Assembly: GCA_965248535.1 (NCBI GenBank)
Contig: CBDFJR010000002.1
Span: 256,001 to 320,000, forward strand
Origin: Phormidesmis sp.
GTDB lineage: Bacteria; Cyanobacteriota; Cyanobacteriia; Leptolyngbyales; Leptolyngbyaceae
Direction of reading: 5' to 3'
Length of the DNA: 64,000 nt
In this document: piece by piece, positions 50,846 through 61,703 of the stretch
Position numbering within the stretch: the first letter of the stretch is position 1
Layout: every line of letters starts with the position of its first letter
Notes under the pieces: model-generated
What the model saw: the letters and a program-made list of their open reading frames with translations, nothing else
What the model was told of the DNA's origin: nothing
Databases searched by the model: none
Translations under genes and position numbers: made by a program

Positions 50846-53545
50846 ATGGCACGCGGGACTGACTTTGCCCAAGACTATCAACAGGCTGAAAGAGCCTACA
50901 TGCAGGGCAAGTATGAAGAGGCGGCGAAAATTGTCGATCGCCTAGTCGATGAATACCCCCAAGACCCCAGCGCTCGACTTCTGCGGGGACACATCTATTG
51001 CTATGGGCTTCAGCAATATGACGTGGCTCAAGCGCAATATCAAACCGTGCTCAACCTTACGTCTGACACCGAGTTTGTCGATTATGCCAACAGTGGGTTG
51101 ACCTACGCCAACCAGTTTGCAGGTGAGCCAGCCAACGGCCTTTCTGAGAGTCAGTCTGAAGAGGGTGGGGCGTTTGATGAGTTTGATGCTGCAAATCGCG
51201 CCTCGGTGACCCAGCAGCAGCCAGACTCTGACTTTCTAAGCAATGACTTTGTGCTGGATGAAATGGACTTAGAGATGCCTGAATCTCTGCCCTTTCAAAG
51301 CGGTGAGTCGCTGGGCAGCCCGTTTAACAGCCGCCCTGACAATGGCAAGGCTCCTACCCAGAATGCCTTTACAGACGATCCTTTTGCGCTCAGTGACCCT
51401 GATGATTTTGACGCGATCGCCCCCAGTGGGTCAAGCGATCAATTTGCCTTCGACAACCATCACAGCCCCCCCTTTGCAGAGACCAGTCTCGATAGCAATT
51501 TTCCGGCCGCGATGGACGAGTTTGATAGCGTCTTTTCTAGCCCAGATTTTGCCAACGAGTTAGACGAATCTCCCGTTCCGCCGTTATCTGAACCGGAGGC
51601 AGCTAACCCGCCTCGCCAAGACTCTCCTAACCGCTCAGGTTTTAACAATCGGGTGATGGGCGAAGACACGCTTTTTATGGGCGGGCCTGACCTTTATGAC
51701 TCAGCCGAGCCATTTGACGCGCCCGCCGAGCCTCCTTCTCTCTACAGTGGCTCTCACGCCGAGCCGAGCCTGAGTGCTGCGGCAACCCCAGCCGCCAACC
51801 AGAGCAATGTCGATTTTCTAGATGATTTTGACGATTTTGACGATCTCGGCAATCTGTCTGACTTTGACCTTTCAGACGACTCGGCTGGGTTTACCAGTCC
51901 GTCTGTGGGCAGTGACTTTGGTCTCTCTACCAATGGCATCCCGATCGCTCAAAACAGAGCCGGAATGAGTTTTGACGACCACGATCGCTCCACCATCCGC
52001 GAAGATGAACTGTTCAGCATCTCCAACACCTCTGAGCAAGTTCCTAGCTTCACTCAGATGGATAGCCAGTCAGCCGATCCCACTCCCACCGTTGAGCAAG
52101 GCCCCCTGGCGTTTATCGACAATCGCCCTCTAGCCACCAAGCAACTGATCGTGGCAGGTGCAGCGGGCATTGTCTCAGCCGTGGCCGTCGCCGTGGTGAG
52201 TTTCATCTCAGCCAATGGTGCCGCCCAGCAAAATAACCCCACCGTCGTTTCTCAACTGCGAAACACGGGGCTGTTGATGGCTCTAGCGGGGGGCATCTGC
52301 GGAGGAGGCGCAGCCTTTGCAGTGGGGCAAGTCACTGCCAAGCAAATGAAGCGCTCTACGGATGACCTCAAAGCCCAGTTTGATGCTGTCTGTCAAGGCA
52401 ACTTGAATGCCCGCACGACGGTTTATTCAGAAGACGAGCTGGGTCAGTTGTCAAGTGGGTTTAATCAGATGGCGCGGGTGATTTTGACCACCACCAGCGA
52501 GGCCCAGCGCAAAGCCGAAGAGCAAGAGCAAGCCAAAGAAGACTTGCAGCGCCAGGTGATTCGGCTGCTGGACGATGTGGAAGGCGCGGCGAGAGGAGAC
52601 CTGACGGTGCAGGCAGAGGTGACGGCAGATGTGCTGGGGGCGGTCGCAGACTCCTTTAACCTGACCATTCAAAACCTGAGAGAGATTGTGCAGCAGGTGA
52701 AGACGGCTGCCCGTCAGGTCAGCAAAGGGTCAACTGAAAATGAAATGTTTGCCCGCAGTTTGTCTTCAGATGCGTTGCGGCAAGCTGAAGAACTGGCGGT
52801 CACGCTCAACTCAGTGCAGGTGATGACCGACTCGATCCAACGGGTGGCAGAGAGCGCTCGTGAGGCGGAAGAGGTGGCGCGATCGGCATCGGCAACCGCG
52901 CTCAAGGGCGGCGAAGCTGTAGAACGCACCGTGGCGGGTATTTTAGAAATTCGCGAGACGGTGGCCGAAACCACTCGCAAAGTGAAGCGGCTGGCTGAGT
53001 CTTCTCAAGAGATTTCTAAGATTGTGGCGCTGATTTCTCAGATCGCCTCACGAACTAACCTGCTGGCTTTAAACGCCAGTATTGAAGCGGCACGAGCAGG
53101 CGAAGCGGGGCGAGGCTTTGCGATCGTAGCCGATGAAGTTCGCCAACTGGCAGATCGAGCCGCCAAAGCCTCGAAAGAAATTGAGCAAATCGTGCTGCAA
53201 ATTCAGAGTGAGACTGGCTCGGTGATGACCGCGATGGAAGAAGGCACCCAGCAGGTGATTGAAGGGACTCGACTTGCAGAGCAGGCTAAGCGATCGCTCG
53301 AAGACATCATTCAGGTCTCGACTCGCATCAACACCCTGGTGACCTCGATTACCGCCGATACGGTCGAGCAGACCGAAACCTCGCGGGCTGTGGCGCAGGT
53401 GATGCAATCCGTGGAACTGACGGCTCAAGAAACCTCGCAAGAGGCCCAGCGAGTGTCAGGTTCGCTGCAAAATCTGGTGGGCGTTGCACGAGATCTTTTG
53501 ACCTCTGTGGAACGATTCCGCGTGGAAACGATCGAGCGAAAGTAG
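50846..53545 (+). CDS. Methyl-accepting chemotaxis protein (PilJ/HmpD-like)
   Basis: N-terminal TPR, acidic linker, 2 TM helices, HAMP (DELGQL..GFNQM), [34 protein letters not shown]. Confidence 0.95.
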   Translation: MARGTDFAQDYQQAERAYMQGKYEEAAKIVDRLVDEYPQDPSARLLRGHIYCYGLQQYDVAQAQYQTVLNLTSDTEFVDYANSGLTYANQFAGEPANGLSESQSEEGGAFDEFDAANRASVTQQQPDSDFLSNDFVLDEMDLEMPESLPFQSGESLGSPFNSRPDNGKAPTQNAFTDDPFALSDPDDFDAIAPSGSSDQFAFDNHHSPPFAETSLDSNFPAAMDEFDSVFSSPDFANELDESPVPPLSEPEAANPPRQDSPNRSGFNNRVMGEDTLFMGGPDLYDSAEPFDAPAEPPSLYSGSHAEPSLSAAATPAANQSNVDFLDDFDDFDDLGNLSDFDLSDDSAGFTSPSVGSDFGLSTNGIPIAQNRAGMSFDDHDRSTIREDELFSISNTSEQVPSFTQMDSQSADPTPTVEQGPLAFIDNRPLATKQLIVAGAAGIVSAVAVAVVSFISANGAAQQNNPTVVSQLRNTGLLMALAGGICGGGAAFAVGQVTAKQMKRSTDDLKAQFDAVCQGNLNARTTVYSEDELGQLSSGFNQMARVILTTTSEAQRKAEEQEQAKEDLQRQVIRLLDDVEGAARGDLTVQAEVTADVLGAVADSFNLTIQNLREIVQQVKTAARQVSKGSTENEMFARSLSSDALRQAEELAVTLNSVQVMTDSIQRVAESAREAEEVARSASATALKGGEAVERTVAGILEIRETVAETTRKVKRLAESSQEISKIVALISQIASRTNLLALNASIEAARAGEAGRGFAIVADEVRQLADRAAKASKEIEQIVLQIQSETGSVMTAMEEGTQQVIEGTRLAEQAKRSLEDIIQVSTRINTLVTSITADTVEQTETSRAVAQVMQSVELTAQETSQEAQRVSGSLQNLVGVARDLLTSVERFRVETIERK

Positions 53546-53555
53546 CCTCCATCAC

Positions 53556-53577
53556 AGGCGCTCTTAAAGAGCAGCCT
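53556..53577 (+). other. Small intergenic hairpin after the MCP gene
   Basis: AGGC-GCTCTT-A-AAGAGC-A-GCCT; no U-tail. Confidence 0.4.
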
Positions 53578-53777
53578 CTATCCTGTTTGAGTCAGTTCTT
53601 TCAACGCCATCGGCTCAAACCTGTTCTCAGTCGTTTTAGTTCACTGATTATAAGATGGCCTTGATTTGCAGTTTAGCTCCCAAATTTAGACCATCTATCT
53701 TCTTTCAGACTCCTCTATATGACTCGTTAGAATGGGTCTAAACGGAGGTCACTCTCACCTTAGAAAGGGACAATGCG

Positions 53778-56700
53778 ATGCAGCCAGAACAACAGCAGCG
53801 AATCATGGGCTACTTCATTGAGGAGGCAAAAGACCACCTCAATACCATTGAACAGGGTTTGTTGAATCTGCAAAACACGATCGCAGACCCAGAAATGGTC
53901 AATGAAGTCTTTCGAGCGGCCCACTCAGTCAAAGGGGGAGCCGCAATGCTAGGTCTGAGCAGCATTCAGAAGACCTCCCATCGTCTAGAAGATTTCTTCA
54001 AGATTCTTAAAGAAACTCCGGGCATTAAGCCCGACCAGACCGTAGAAACGCTGCTGCTGAGGGTGTTTGACACGCTCCAAGAGCTATTAGAGCAGCTACA
54101 GGGCCCCTTTGGGTTAACTGAAGAAACGTCGAATGCAACGATGGCTAACGTTGAGCCTGTTTTTGAAGAACTTCAGCAATATCTCAATCTGCTAGAGCGT
54201 CAGGGAACGGCCACGATCGCCGCTAAGGTCGCCTCAGGTGAGCCAGCGATCGTAGCCCCCCCCTCAACGGTCTCCCCCGACAGCGCCTTGGTGCTAATTT
54301 TTCAAAACGATGTGCCTGCTCAATTGCGCGAGATGCTGCAACTGTTTCGCCAGGCAGAAACCTTGTTAGACGGACGAGATCGCTTGCAGGCAATCTGCGC
54401 CGGGCTAAGGGGGCTAGGCGAAGCCTTTGATCTCGATCGGTGGTGCAATCTGGTGAATACGGCTAGCCAAGCGATCGCCGATCCCAACAATGCTTATCGG
54501 GCGTTGGCTCCGATCGTGATCAGAGACTTTAAACAAGCCCAAGAATTGGTTTTGGCGGGTCGAGTGGCGGAGGTTGCCCCCAGCGCGACCCTGATCGCTT
54601 TGGTGCCGCTCGGGGCTGCACCGTTAGCCGCCGCCGACGACTTGGCCGACTTCTTTGCGATGACAGACATCTTAGATGCAGACGACGAGCTAGATCTATC
54701 AGAACTAGACTTGGCGGCTGAAACCAACTCTCTCGCTGACTTGGGACTGGATGATTTAGGACTGGATGATTTAGGACTGGATACCGCTCTGTTTGAATCT
54801 GGCACTGACGACCCTCTAGCAGAGACCGCTGAGTCTTCTGGGTTGGGCGATCGCAACGGCCCCGAAGTGGGAATGGCAGAACTCAACAGCTTGGCCGATT
54901 TGTTTGAAGGCGAAATGCCCGATCTCGGTGCCACCTGGCAAAGAGAAGAGGTGATTGGCAGCGCTCAATCTCCAGCGTTTGATCTCACGGGCGAAGAGGC
55001 AGACGATAGCGGCGACTTCTCAGACTTGCTGTTTGACGATTTGGCGACCCCTGCGATCACTGACCCCTCAGATGACGACGATCTCACAAGCCTGTTTGGA
55101 GATGATCTCTTAGAAGAGTTGTCTATGCCTGACGGGAGCGCTGATCGGCTGGCAGAGATTCCTCCTCTCGTTGACATAGCGTCAGACGACGAAGACTTTG
55201 ATCTGTTCGACTTGAGCACTTCTGAAGAACTCTCTCCATCATCGGATGGAGATATCTTTGACGACCTGAGTCTAGAAACCCTGGGCGACCTCAATCTAGC
55301 TAGCGGCCCAGAAGATTTCTCAAGCGCGACTGCTTCACGCCCAGCCGCCGAAACGCCGCCGCCAGACGACTTGGGCGACTTGTTCACCGAGCTAGATGAC
55401 GACGATTTCAGCTTTGACGGTCTCGATAGCCTGTTAGATGCCGATCCGACCCCGGCTGCCTCGATCTCAGACCCGTGGGAAAGCCTAGAGAAACCAGGAT
55501 CTCCTTTAAACTTAACTCTCGAATCAGCCCCCCAAAATGAACTCGACAGCCTAACAGATGACCCCTTTGGCGATTTAGCTGATCTCGATTTTGGTCTACC
55601 CGAAGAACCTGCGACCTCTCTAGACAGTTCAGAGTCCCTTTCTTTGGAAACCTCTGATCAAGAGACGGCTGATCTCTCTCTCACGGGCGATTTTTGGACT
55701 CTATCCGAGGCGGGCGCAGAAACCGAATTGCCTCTAAACTTGGGCGACGAACTAGAGACACCCAGCTTTGGCTTCGATAGCCTGACTGCAACCGAGGAGT
55801 CATTAGGATTTTCTAATAGCCTGTTTGCCGATGCTGCAAGTGACGACGACCCGACAGAACTAGACCTGACCCTGGCAAGCAGAGAGCTTCCCTATAGCCT
55901 GGAGGTGTCAGACGACGACGATCTGTTGGCAGGTCTTTTGACAAATGAAGCTAGTGAAGAAACGCTGCTTGACGGGTTAGAACTTGACGGCTTAGAACTT
56001 GACGGCTTAGAACTTGCCAGTGCCTTCAATAGAGAGCCAGAACCTCTAGACGATGGGCTAGACCTGACTGATTTAGAAGATGATTTCTTTGGGTTGAGCG
56101 GTGGAGAGGCTGCCGACTTGAGCGATCGCCCAGCAGCCTCCCCGGTGGAGAGTTTCTTCGCGCTGAATTTGGAAGCTGATTCAGAATCAGACCCTTTTGC
56201 GCTGAATTTAGAAGCTGATTTAGAATCAGAGCCTGCTGACTTAGCAGGGTTATTTGGCTCTGATTCTGCCCTTGGCTTCAGTCTTGATCACCCTCAAGAA
56301 TCGTCGGATCTAAATTTCAATACCACCTTAGAGACCAACGACGAGCTTGGTAGCTTATTTGATGCCAGCTCTGAGGATCTAGGTCTACTATTTGCTGATG
56401 AGCCAAATTTAGGGTTAGAAGCAACTGATTCTCTGGGCTTTCCGATGGCCGCAGAGCCAAGCGAAGAGCCGATCGCTGAGGCTTCAGCCGCCCCTGCCCA
56501 AGACAGGTTTGACTTTGATCTACCTTCAAACGACTTAGACGATCTGCTAAACCTAGATCTGACCGCAGAAGAAACCTCGCTAGACTTCGATGGGCCTTCG
56601 ACGGATGATCGGTCAGAGAGCTTAGACGACCCGCTAGGTTTAGGGTTGATTGAAGCAGCAGACCCCTTGGGCTTTGATCTGCTTTTAGAGGACGATCCCT

Positions 56701-59660
56701 CAGAGACCCAACTTTTTGACTCCGCTTTAGGGTTTGACGAGAGTGAAGGATCAGAACTGCCTGACAATCTCGACCCGATCGCTGAACCAGATCTCTTCAG
56801 ACTTGACTCAGACGAGCTAGTTTTAGAGTCTCCAGACAGCCTGAGTGACGTAGAGTTTGACTTATTCTCTGAAGAGCCAGAAACTGCATCCCTCGCAGCA
56901 GACTCCTCAGATTCACTATTTGGTGATTTAGATAGTGATCTAGGCATCGATTTAGACAGCGATTTAGACCTTGACCTTTCACAGACGGCTGATTTCGACT
57001 TAGAGAGCCTTGATGGGTTTGAGCCATCTGAATCCGATGCTGCTGCTAGCGAAGCGGCTGATGACTCAGGGTTCAGTTCTCTGCTCGGAGTGGGCATTGC
57101 GGCTGCGTCAGTGGCCGCTCTAGGGGCAGCCATAACCGCGACTCATAGACCCGATGAATCTCACGAGACCGAAGCAGAATTAGATGACCTGTTTGGATCA
57201 GAGACTTCTGAGCCAGAAGCCAGCCTAGAAACTGATCTTGAGTTTGGTGATCTAGATGATTTCTTAAGTGATGACCTAGATCTATCAGCACCCTCTGACA
57301 CCGAAAACTTTGATGATCTAGATGGCTTGTTTGGTGAAGCAGTCACCGATTCATTAGCTGAAGCAGCTAGCTTAGATCAGTTACTCGATCAGCCATCGGC
57401 TCAGTCAGACGAGTTTGACGACCTGAATGCGTTGCTGAGTGATCAGGGGCTGTCTTCGCTAGAGCAAAGCGCCGCAGCCGAGAACTTTGATGATCTAGAG
57501 TCTCTGCTGTCCGATGCCCCTGAACCCTTAGCTCCCCCCTCTCAGATCGAGTTTTCAGCCTACGTCAGCGACTCTGATATGGAGTTTGACGATCTAGAGA
57601 AGATGCTAGAAGACGCTGACAAAACGATGGGAGGAAGTCCTTCGGCAAAAGGTCTCAGCACTGCTCAAGCGGGACGACGCATCAATCGACCGGGCAAGGG
57701 ACTTAGTGAACAGACGATGCGAGTTCCGGTTAAGCACCTCGACAACCTCAGCAACTTAGTCGGGGAATTAGTCGTTAACCGAAATAGCCTAGAGCAAGAC
57801 CAAGAACGGCTGCGGCAGTCGCTCGATAACCTCCTCTATCAGGTGCAGCAGTTGAGCGATGTCGGTCAGCGAATGCAGGATTTGTATGAGCGATCGCTGT
57901 TAGAAAGCTCGCTGCTGGCCAGCCGTAGTCAACGCACGTCTTCCATTTTTGGCACGCCGATGCGAAGTGCTATCACTCCTAATAACCCTTCAGAAGTGGA
58001 GTATGATCCCCTAGAAATGGATCGGTTCACGGGCTTTCACTCACTTTCGCAGGAAATGATCGAGTTGATTGTGCGAGTGCGAGAGTCTGCGTCTGACATT
58101 GGCTTTATCGTCGATGAAACTGACCAAGTGACGCGGATGTTCCGGCAGGTAACGACGCAACTGCAAGAAGGGCTGACGCGATCGCGCATGGTGCCCTTTG
58201 CCCAGACCGCCGATCGTCTCCCTCGCGCCGTGCGAGATATTGCCATGAAGTGTGGCAAACAAGCAGAACTGGTGATCGAAGGTCGCGACACCCTGATTGA
58301 CAAGATGATTCTGGAGCACCTCTACGACCCGATGACGCATCTAGTCAACAACGCCATCACCCACGGCATTGAAACCCCAGATGTGCGCCGAGCCGCCGGA
58401 AAATCTCCCATCGGTCAGATTACGATTCGGGCTTTTCACCAGGGCAACCAGACCGTGATCTCGGTGTCAGACGATGGTGCAGGGGTGGATATTGAACGAG
58501 TCAAAGTCAAAGCGATCGAGAAAGGGTTAATCACCTCCGCCGAGTCTAAATCGATGGCGCGGCTCGATATCTATGACCTGCTCTTCCATCCGGGTTTCAC
58601 CACTAAAGACCAGGCAGATGATTTCTCAGGGCGAGGGGTGGGCATGGATGTCGTCCGCACCAGCCTCAATGAAATTCGGGGAGTCATCAACACCGACTCA
58701 GCTATGAGCAAGGGCACCACGTTTACGGTGCGGCTACCTCTCACCCTCAGCATCTCAAAAGCTCTGTGCTGCGTCAGCGATCGGGCCCGCGTAGCCTTTC
58801 CGATGGATGGGGTAGAAGATATGCTCGATATTCCTAAAGAGCGCATTCAAACCGACGCGGAAGGCAACCCGGCGATCGCGTGGCGAGATTCTGTGCTCAC
58901 GTTACGCCCTTTGACAGAGTTACTAGGCTACAATCGCCACCTCAGCCGCGGCAATGTCTATGGCGGCAACCAAGAAGACGATATGGTGTCTGTGGTGGTG
59001 CTTCGCAGTGCGGGCAACTACTTGGCACTTCAGGTTGATCAAGTCTTGGGTGAGCAAGAGATCGTAATCAAGCAGCTAGAGGGCCCGGTTCCCAAGCCTG
59101 TTGGGGTGGCTGGGGCAACGGTGCTAGGCGATGGTCGAATTATGCCGATCGCGGACGTATTAGAGTTAATCGATCTGTCAATGGGTCGAATTCGTCGCGA
59201 TGTTGGCACCATGTGGGATCAGGGTGCTGCCCAGTCTAACGATACGATCGCGGTCAAGACCGAGCCAACGGTGCTGATTGTGGATGACTCGATCACGGTG
59301 CGCGAGTTGCTGTCGATGACCTTTAACAAAGTGGGCTATCGAGTTGAGCAAGCCCGCGATGGTCAAGAAGCGTGGGAGAAGCTGAGAGCAGGGCTGCCGT
59401 GCGATATCGTGTTTTGTGACATTGAGATGCCAAGAATGGACGGCTTAGAACTGCTGTCGCGAATTCAGAAAGATCCCAATTTGAGCAGCCTGCCGATCGC
59501 GATGTTGACTTCTCGCGGTGCCGATCGCCACCGTCAAATGGCAGCATCTCTAGGGGCAAGTGGCTACTTCACTAAGCCTTATCTAGAAGAAGCGCTCTTG
59601 GATGCGGCTCAACGAATGCTGAAGGGAGAGATTCTAATCGTCAACAATCGAGACCAATAA
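53778..59660 (+). CDS. cheA: CheA-like hybrid histidine kinase (PilL/HmpE-like)
   Basis: Hpt FRAAHSVKG, ~1000-aa acidic linker, RVPVKHLDNL.NLVGELV, HLVNNAITHGIE, DDGAG, SGRGVGMDVV, CheW domain, C-terminal receiver. Confidence 0.95.
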   Translation: MQPEQQQRIMGYFIEEAKDHLNTIEQGLLNLQNTIADPEMVNEVFRAAHSVKGGAAMLGLSSIQKTSHRLEDFFKILKETPGIKPDQTVETLLLRVFDTLQELLEQLQGPFGLTEETSNATMANVEPVFEELQQYLNLLERQGTATIAAKVASGEPAIVAPPSTVSPDSALVLIFQNDVPAQLREMLQLFRQAETLLDGRDRLQAICAGLRGLGEAFDLDRWCNLVNTASQAIADPNNAYRALAPIVIRDFKQAQELVLAGRVAEVAPSATLIALVPLGAAPLAAADDLADFFAMTDILDADDELDLSELDLAAETNSLADLGLDDLGLDDLGLDTALFESGTDDPLAETAESSGLGDRNGPEVGMAELNSLADLFEGEMPDLGATWQREEVIGSAQSPAFDLTGEEADDSGDFSDLLFDDLATPAITDPSDDDDLTSLFGDDLLEELSMPDGSADRLAEIPPLVDIASDDEDFDLFDLSTSEELSPSSDGDIFDDLSLETLGDLNLASGPEDFSSATASRPAAETPPPDDLGDLFTELDDDDFSFDGLDSLLDADPTPAASISDPWESLEKPGSPLNLTLESAPQNELDSLTDDPFGDLADLDFGLPEEPATSLDSSESLSLETSDQETADLSLTGDFWTLSEAGAETELPLNLGDELETPSFGFDSLTATEESLGFSNSLFADAASDDDPTELDLTLASRELPYSLEVSDDDDLLAGLLTNEASEETLLDGLELDGLELDGLELASAFNREPEPLDDGLDLTDLEDDFFGLSGGEAADLSDRPAASPVESFFALNLEADSESDPFALNLEADLESEPADLAGLFGSDSALGFSLDHPQESSDLNFNTTLETNDELGSLFDASSEDLGLLFADEPNLGLEATDSLGFPMAAEPSEEPIAEASAAPAQDRFDFDLPSNDLDDLLNLDLTAEETSLDFDGPSTDDRSESLDDPLGLGLIEAADPLGFDLLLEDDPSETQLFDSALGFDESEGSELPDNLDPIAEPDLFRLDSDELVLESPDSLSDVEFDLFSEEPETASLAADSSDSLFGDLDSDLGIDLDSDLDLDLSQTADFDLESLDGFEPSESDAAASEAADDSGFSSLLGVGIAAASVAALGAAITATHRPDESHETEAELDDLFGSETSEPEASLETDLEFGDLDDFLSDDLDLSAPSDTENFDDLDGLFGEAVTDSLAEAASLDQLLDQPSAQSDEFDDLNALLSDQGLSSLEQSAAAENFDDLESLLSDAPEPLAPPSQIEFSAYVSDSDMEFDDLEKMLEDADKTMGGSPSAKGLSTAQAGRRINRPGKGLSEQTMRVPVKHLDNLSNLVGELVVNRNSLEQDQERLRQSLDNLLYQVQQLSDVGQRMQDLYERSLLESSLLASRSQRTSSIFGTPMRSAITPNNPSEVEYDPLEMDRFTGFHSLSQEMIELIVRVRESASDIGFIVDETDQVTRMFRQVTTQLQEGLTRSRMVPFAQTADRLPRAVRDIAMKCGKQAELVIEGRDTLIDKMILEHLYDPMTHLVNNAITHGIETPDVRRAAGKSPIGQITIRAFHQGNQTVISVSDDGAGVDIERVKVKAIEKGLITSAESKSMARLDIYDLLFHPGFTTKDQADDFSGRGVGMDVVRTSLNEIRGVINTDSAMSKGTTFTVRLPLTLSISKALCCVSDRARVAFPMDGVEDMLDIPKERIQTDAEGNPAIAWRDSVLTLRPLTELLGYNRHLSRGNVYGGNQEDDMVSVVVLRSAGNYLALQVDQVLGEQEIVIKQLEGPVPKPVGVAGATVLGDGRIMPIADVLELIDLSMGRIRRDVGTMWDQGAAQSNDTIAVKTEPTVLIVDDSITVRELLSMTFNKVGYRVEQARDGQEAWEKLRAGLPCDIVFCDIEMPRMDGLELLSRIQKDPNLSSLPIAMLTSRGADRHRQMAASLGASGYFTKPYLEEALLDAAQRMLKGEILIVNNRDQ
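54741..54782 (+). repeat. In-frame 15-bp tandem repeat (LGLDD x~3) in the cheA linker
   Basis: TT[G/A]GGACTGGATGAT units. Confidence 0.9.
55968..56015 (+). repeat. In-frame 15-bp tandem repeat (LDGLE x3) in the cheA linker
   Basis: CTTGACGG[G/C]TTAGAA units. Confidence 0.9.
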
Positions 59661-59697
59661 CCGAGACGGGTGGACTCCAAATTTCATCGACTTAATT

Positions 59698-59728
59698 AAA
59701 GGGATGGGTTTAAATCTCATCCCTTTTT
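59698..59728 (+). terminator. Intrinsic terminator between convergent cheA and comA-like genes
   Basis: AAAGGGATG...CATCCCTTT stem with a T run. Confidence 0.75.
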
Positions 59729-59738
59729 GGCTGGATTT

Positions 59739-61484
59739 TTACCAGGTGACGCGATCGCGCAACTTTTCGACCAGCTTGGGGCCGACCCCAGACACCCGAT
59801 CGAGGTCGTCTAGAGAAGCAAACGGTTTTTGCTCACGAGCCACAATAATCCGTTTAGCCAAACCGGGGCCGACTCCGGGCAGAGCTTCTAGTTCTTCTAG
59901 GGTGGCTGTGTTCAGGTTCACAGGTTGGTGGAGCGTTCTATCAGACCGTTGGGGTGCAGGTTTTTGAGAGGTTGGGGATGAAGCTCGCGGCTCAGACCGT
60001 TGGGGTGCAGGTTTTTGAGGGATGGGGGATGAAGCTCGCGGCTCAGAAACGGGGGCGATCGCAGGGGGCGGGGTCGGCTTGCCGCACTGTTGTTGATAGG
60101 CTTCGACCTTGTGGCGAATCGCAGGCGGCAACCCTAGAATCGCATCTGCATAAAGGCGATCGAACTCGCGCTGAAAATGCGCCGCTACCAGCGAACTGTG
60201 AATCACTAGAAGGGTTTCGTCGTTGCCCTGATTGGCCGCAACCGTCCAGTTATGAGACCCGGTGATCACCGTCTGCCCATCCACGATGCCAAACTTGTGA
60301 TGAAGCAGGTCACCGGGCGGCAAGCGGGGCACTCCTACCGTCGTAATGGGCGCTTGCCAGGGGCGATTGGTGGGGTCGAGCTTGCAGGTGTCTCCTAGAG
60401 CAACGCCCAACATATCAAGTCCTTCGCTGTAGGGTCGAAACATAAAGCTAGGCTCAATCAGCGCCTTGATTTGGGCCCCTTTTTGATGCTGAATCTCCAG
60501 TAAATTCACGAGGGGCTGATCTGAGAAAACAAACAGCGCCATCTCGATCGACTGGCTAGCCTGACCCAGGGTTTTGCCAATTAGCCCGTTGGTGGTTTGC
60601 TCCCACGGCAGAGAGGGGGCTGAGGGAGAGAATTGCACCTCGATCGTGGTGTCGCCTACCTGCACTTTTTGGGGGTCGCGATGGGGCTTTTTGGCTCCGA
60701 ACAGGCTGTCAGGTTTGCCGCCGGGGCCGTCGCCCCACATGAGATTAAATTCTTGCGTAAAGAGAGTTGCTAACTCTGGGCTGTCAATTTTGAGCAGGTT
60801 GTTGGCGTTGCCGCGACTCGTGAGGGTCTTAAAGTCGCCATGCACGTCTGACGGGGTAAAGTTGGCCGAGGTGACGACGATCGTGCGTCCGTCTACAATC
60901 ACAAATTTGTGGTGCATCAGGTTGCTGCCGCGAGACCCGCCCGCCGTGTCGTCGAGACGAGGAATTTTGGCATTGTCGAGCATCACCAGCGCATCGCCCT
61001 GACTGATTTCGGTAGGACTCAACTGTCCGTCTCCGTTTTGGTCGATCAGTTTGAGAGATTCACTATAGCGATCGCGCTCTCGTTCTGGCAGCTTGGCAAT
61101 TTCATCAGAGCGCAGGCTGCTGACGGGGCGCGAATAGCTATTTTCGAGAATGACCCGCACCTTGACCCCAGCTTGAGCACGATCGCTGAGAGCTTTGGCG
61201 ATTTTGGGCAATCGAAATTCTTGAACGGCTACTTCAACGCTGGTTTGAGCCGATGCGATCGCATCTACGATGATTTGTTCGAGGTCGTCGCCCGATCGGG
61301 TTTGTTTGCGATAAGGCTCTGTATATTGCGAAGCAGGTTCATGGTTTGTGTAAACCTGAACTCGCGCTTCTTGGGGCAGCAGTGCCGGACGAGAGGGCTG
61401 GGGTTGAGCTTGCTGGCAAGCGGCAAGGCCTAGGGCTAAGGCAGCACTAGAGAAATTTCGGGAGAGGGAAGAGATTAGACGCAC
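59739..61484 (-). CDS. comA: Competence protein ComA/ComEA-like lipoprotein: two PLD (HKD) nuclease-type domains plus HhH DNA-binding domain
   Basis: Lipobox LAAC; MHHKFVIVD...TSANFT and LHHKFGIVD...TGSHNWT; VNLNTAT.EELEALPGVGP.LA.RI...RVSGVG. Confidence 0.85.
   Translation of the reverse strand: MRLISSLSRNFSSAALALGLAACQQAQPQPSRPALLPQEARVQVYTNHEPASQYTEPYRKQTRSGDDLEQIIVDAIASAQTSVEVAVQEFRLPKIAKALSDRAQAGVKVRVILENSYSRPVSSLRSDEIAKLPERERDRYSESLKLIDQNGDGQLSPTEISQGDALVMLDNAKIPRLDDTAGGSRGSNLMHHKFVIVDGRTIVVTSANFTPSDVHGDFKTLTSRGNANNLLKIDSPELATLFTQEFNLMWGDGPGGKPDSLFGAKKPHRDPQKVQVGDTTIEVQFSPSAPSLPWEQTTNGLIGKTLGQASQSIEMALFVFSDQPLVNLLEIQHQKGAQIKALIEPSFMFRPYSEGLDMLGVALGDTCKLDPTNRPWQAPITTVGVPRLPPGDLLHHKFGIVDGQTVITGSHNWTVAANQGNDETLLVIHSSLVAAHFQREFDRLYADAILGLPPAIRHKVEAYQQQCGKPTPPPAIAPVSEPRASSPIPQKPAPQRSEPRASSPTSQKPAPQRSDRTLHQPVNLNTATLEELEALPGVGPGLAKRIIVAREQKPFASLDDLDRVSGVGPKLVEKLRDRVTW
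59941..60047 (-). repeat. In-frame 51-bp tandem duplication in the ComA linker
   Basis: Encodes SEPRASSPIPQKPAPQR / SEPRASSPTSQKPAPQR. Confidence 0.95.
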
Positions 61485-61703
61485 AATAAGCTAGATTGGG
61501 AAGTCTGAAGCAAAAAGATCTGCTTGTAGCGTACCCAAAGGAAACCACGGTTCTCTGATCGGTCTGCGATTAGGTTGAGGATGGTGGACTCTATCCCTTG
61601 GGTTGCTTGAACGAGTAACGGGCATAGCGTCGCCACACCCTACAAAAACTCTGTCTTCTCACCCTCCAGATCTCTGCTCACTTGTTCTGCTGTTTAACGA
61701 CTT

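Noticed and set aside
50545..50862. 105-aa ORF bridging cheW and the MCP gene
   Set aside because: Overlaps both genes and has no recognisable motif; probably spurious
54494..57346. Long Ser-rich antisense ORFs inside cheA (up to 279 aa)
   Set aside because: Shadow frames produced by the biased Asp/Leu/Glu codons of the sense strand
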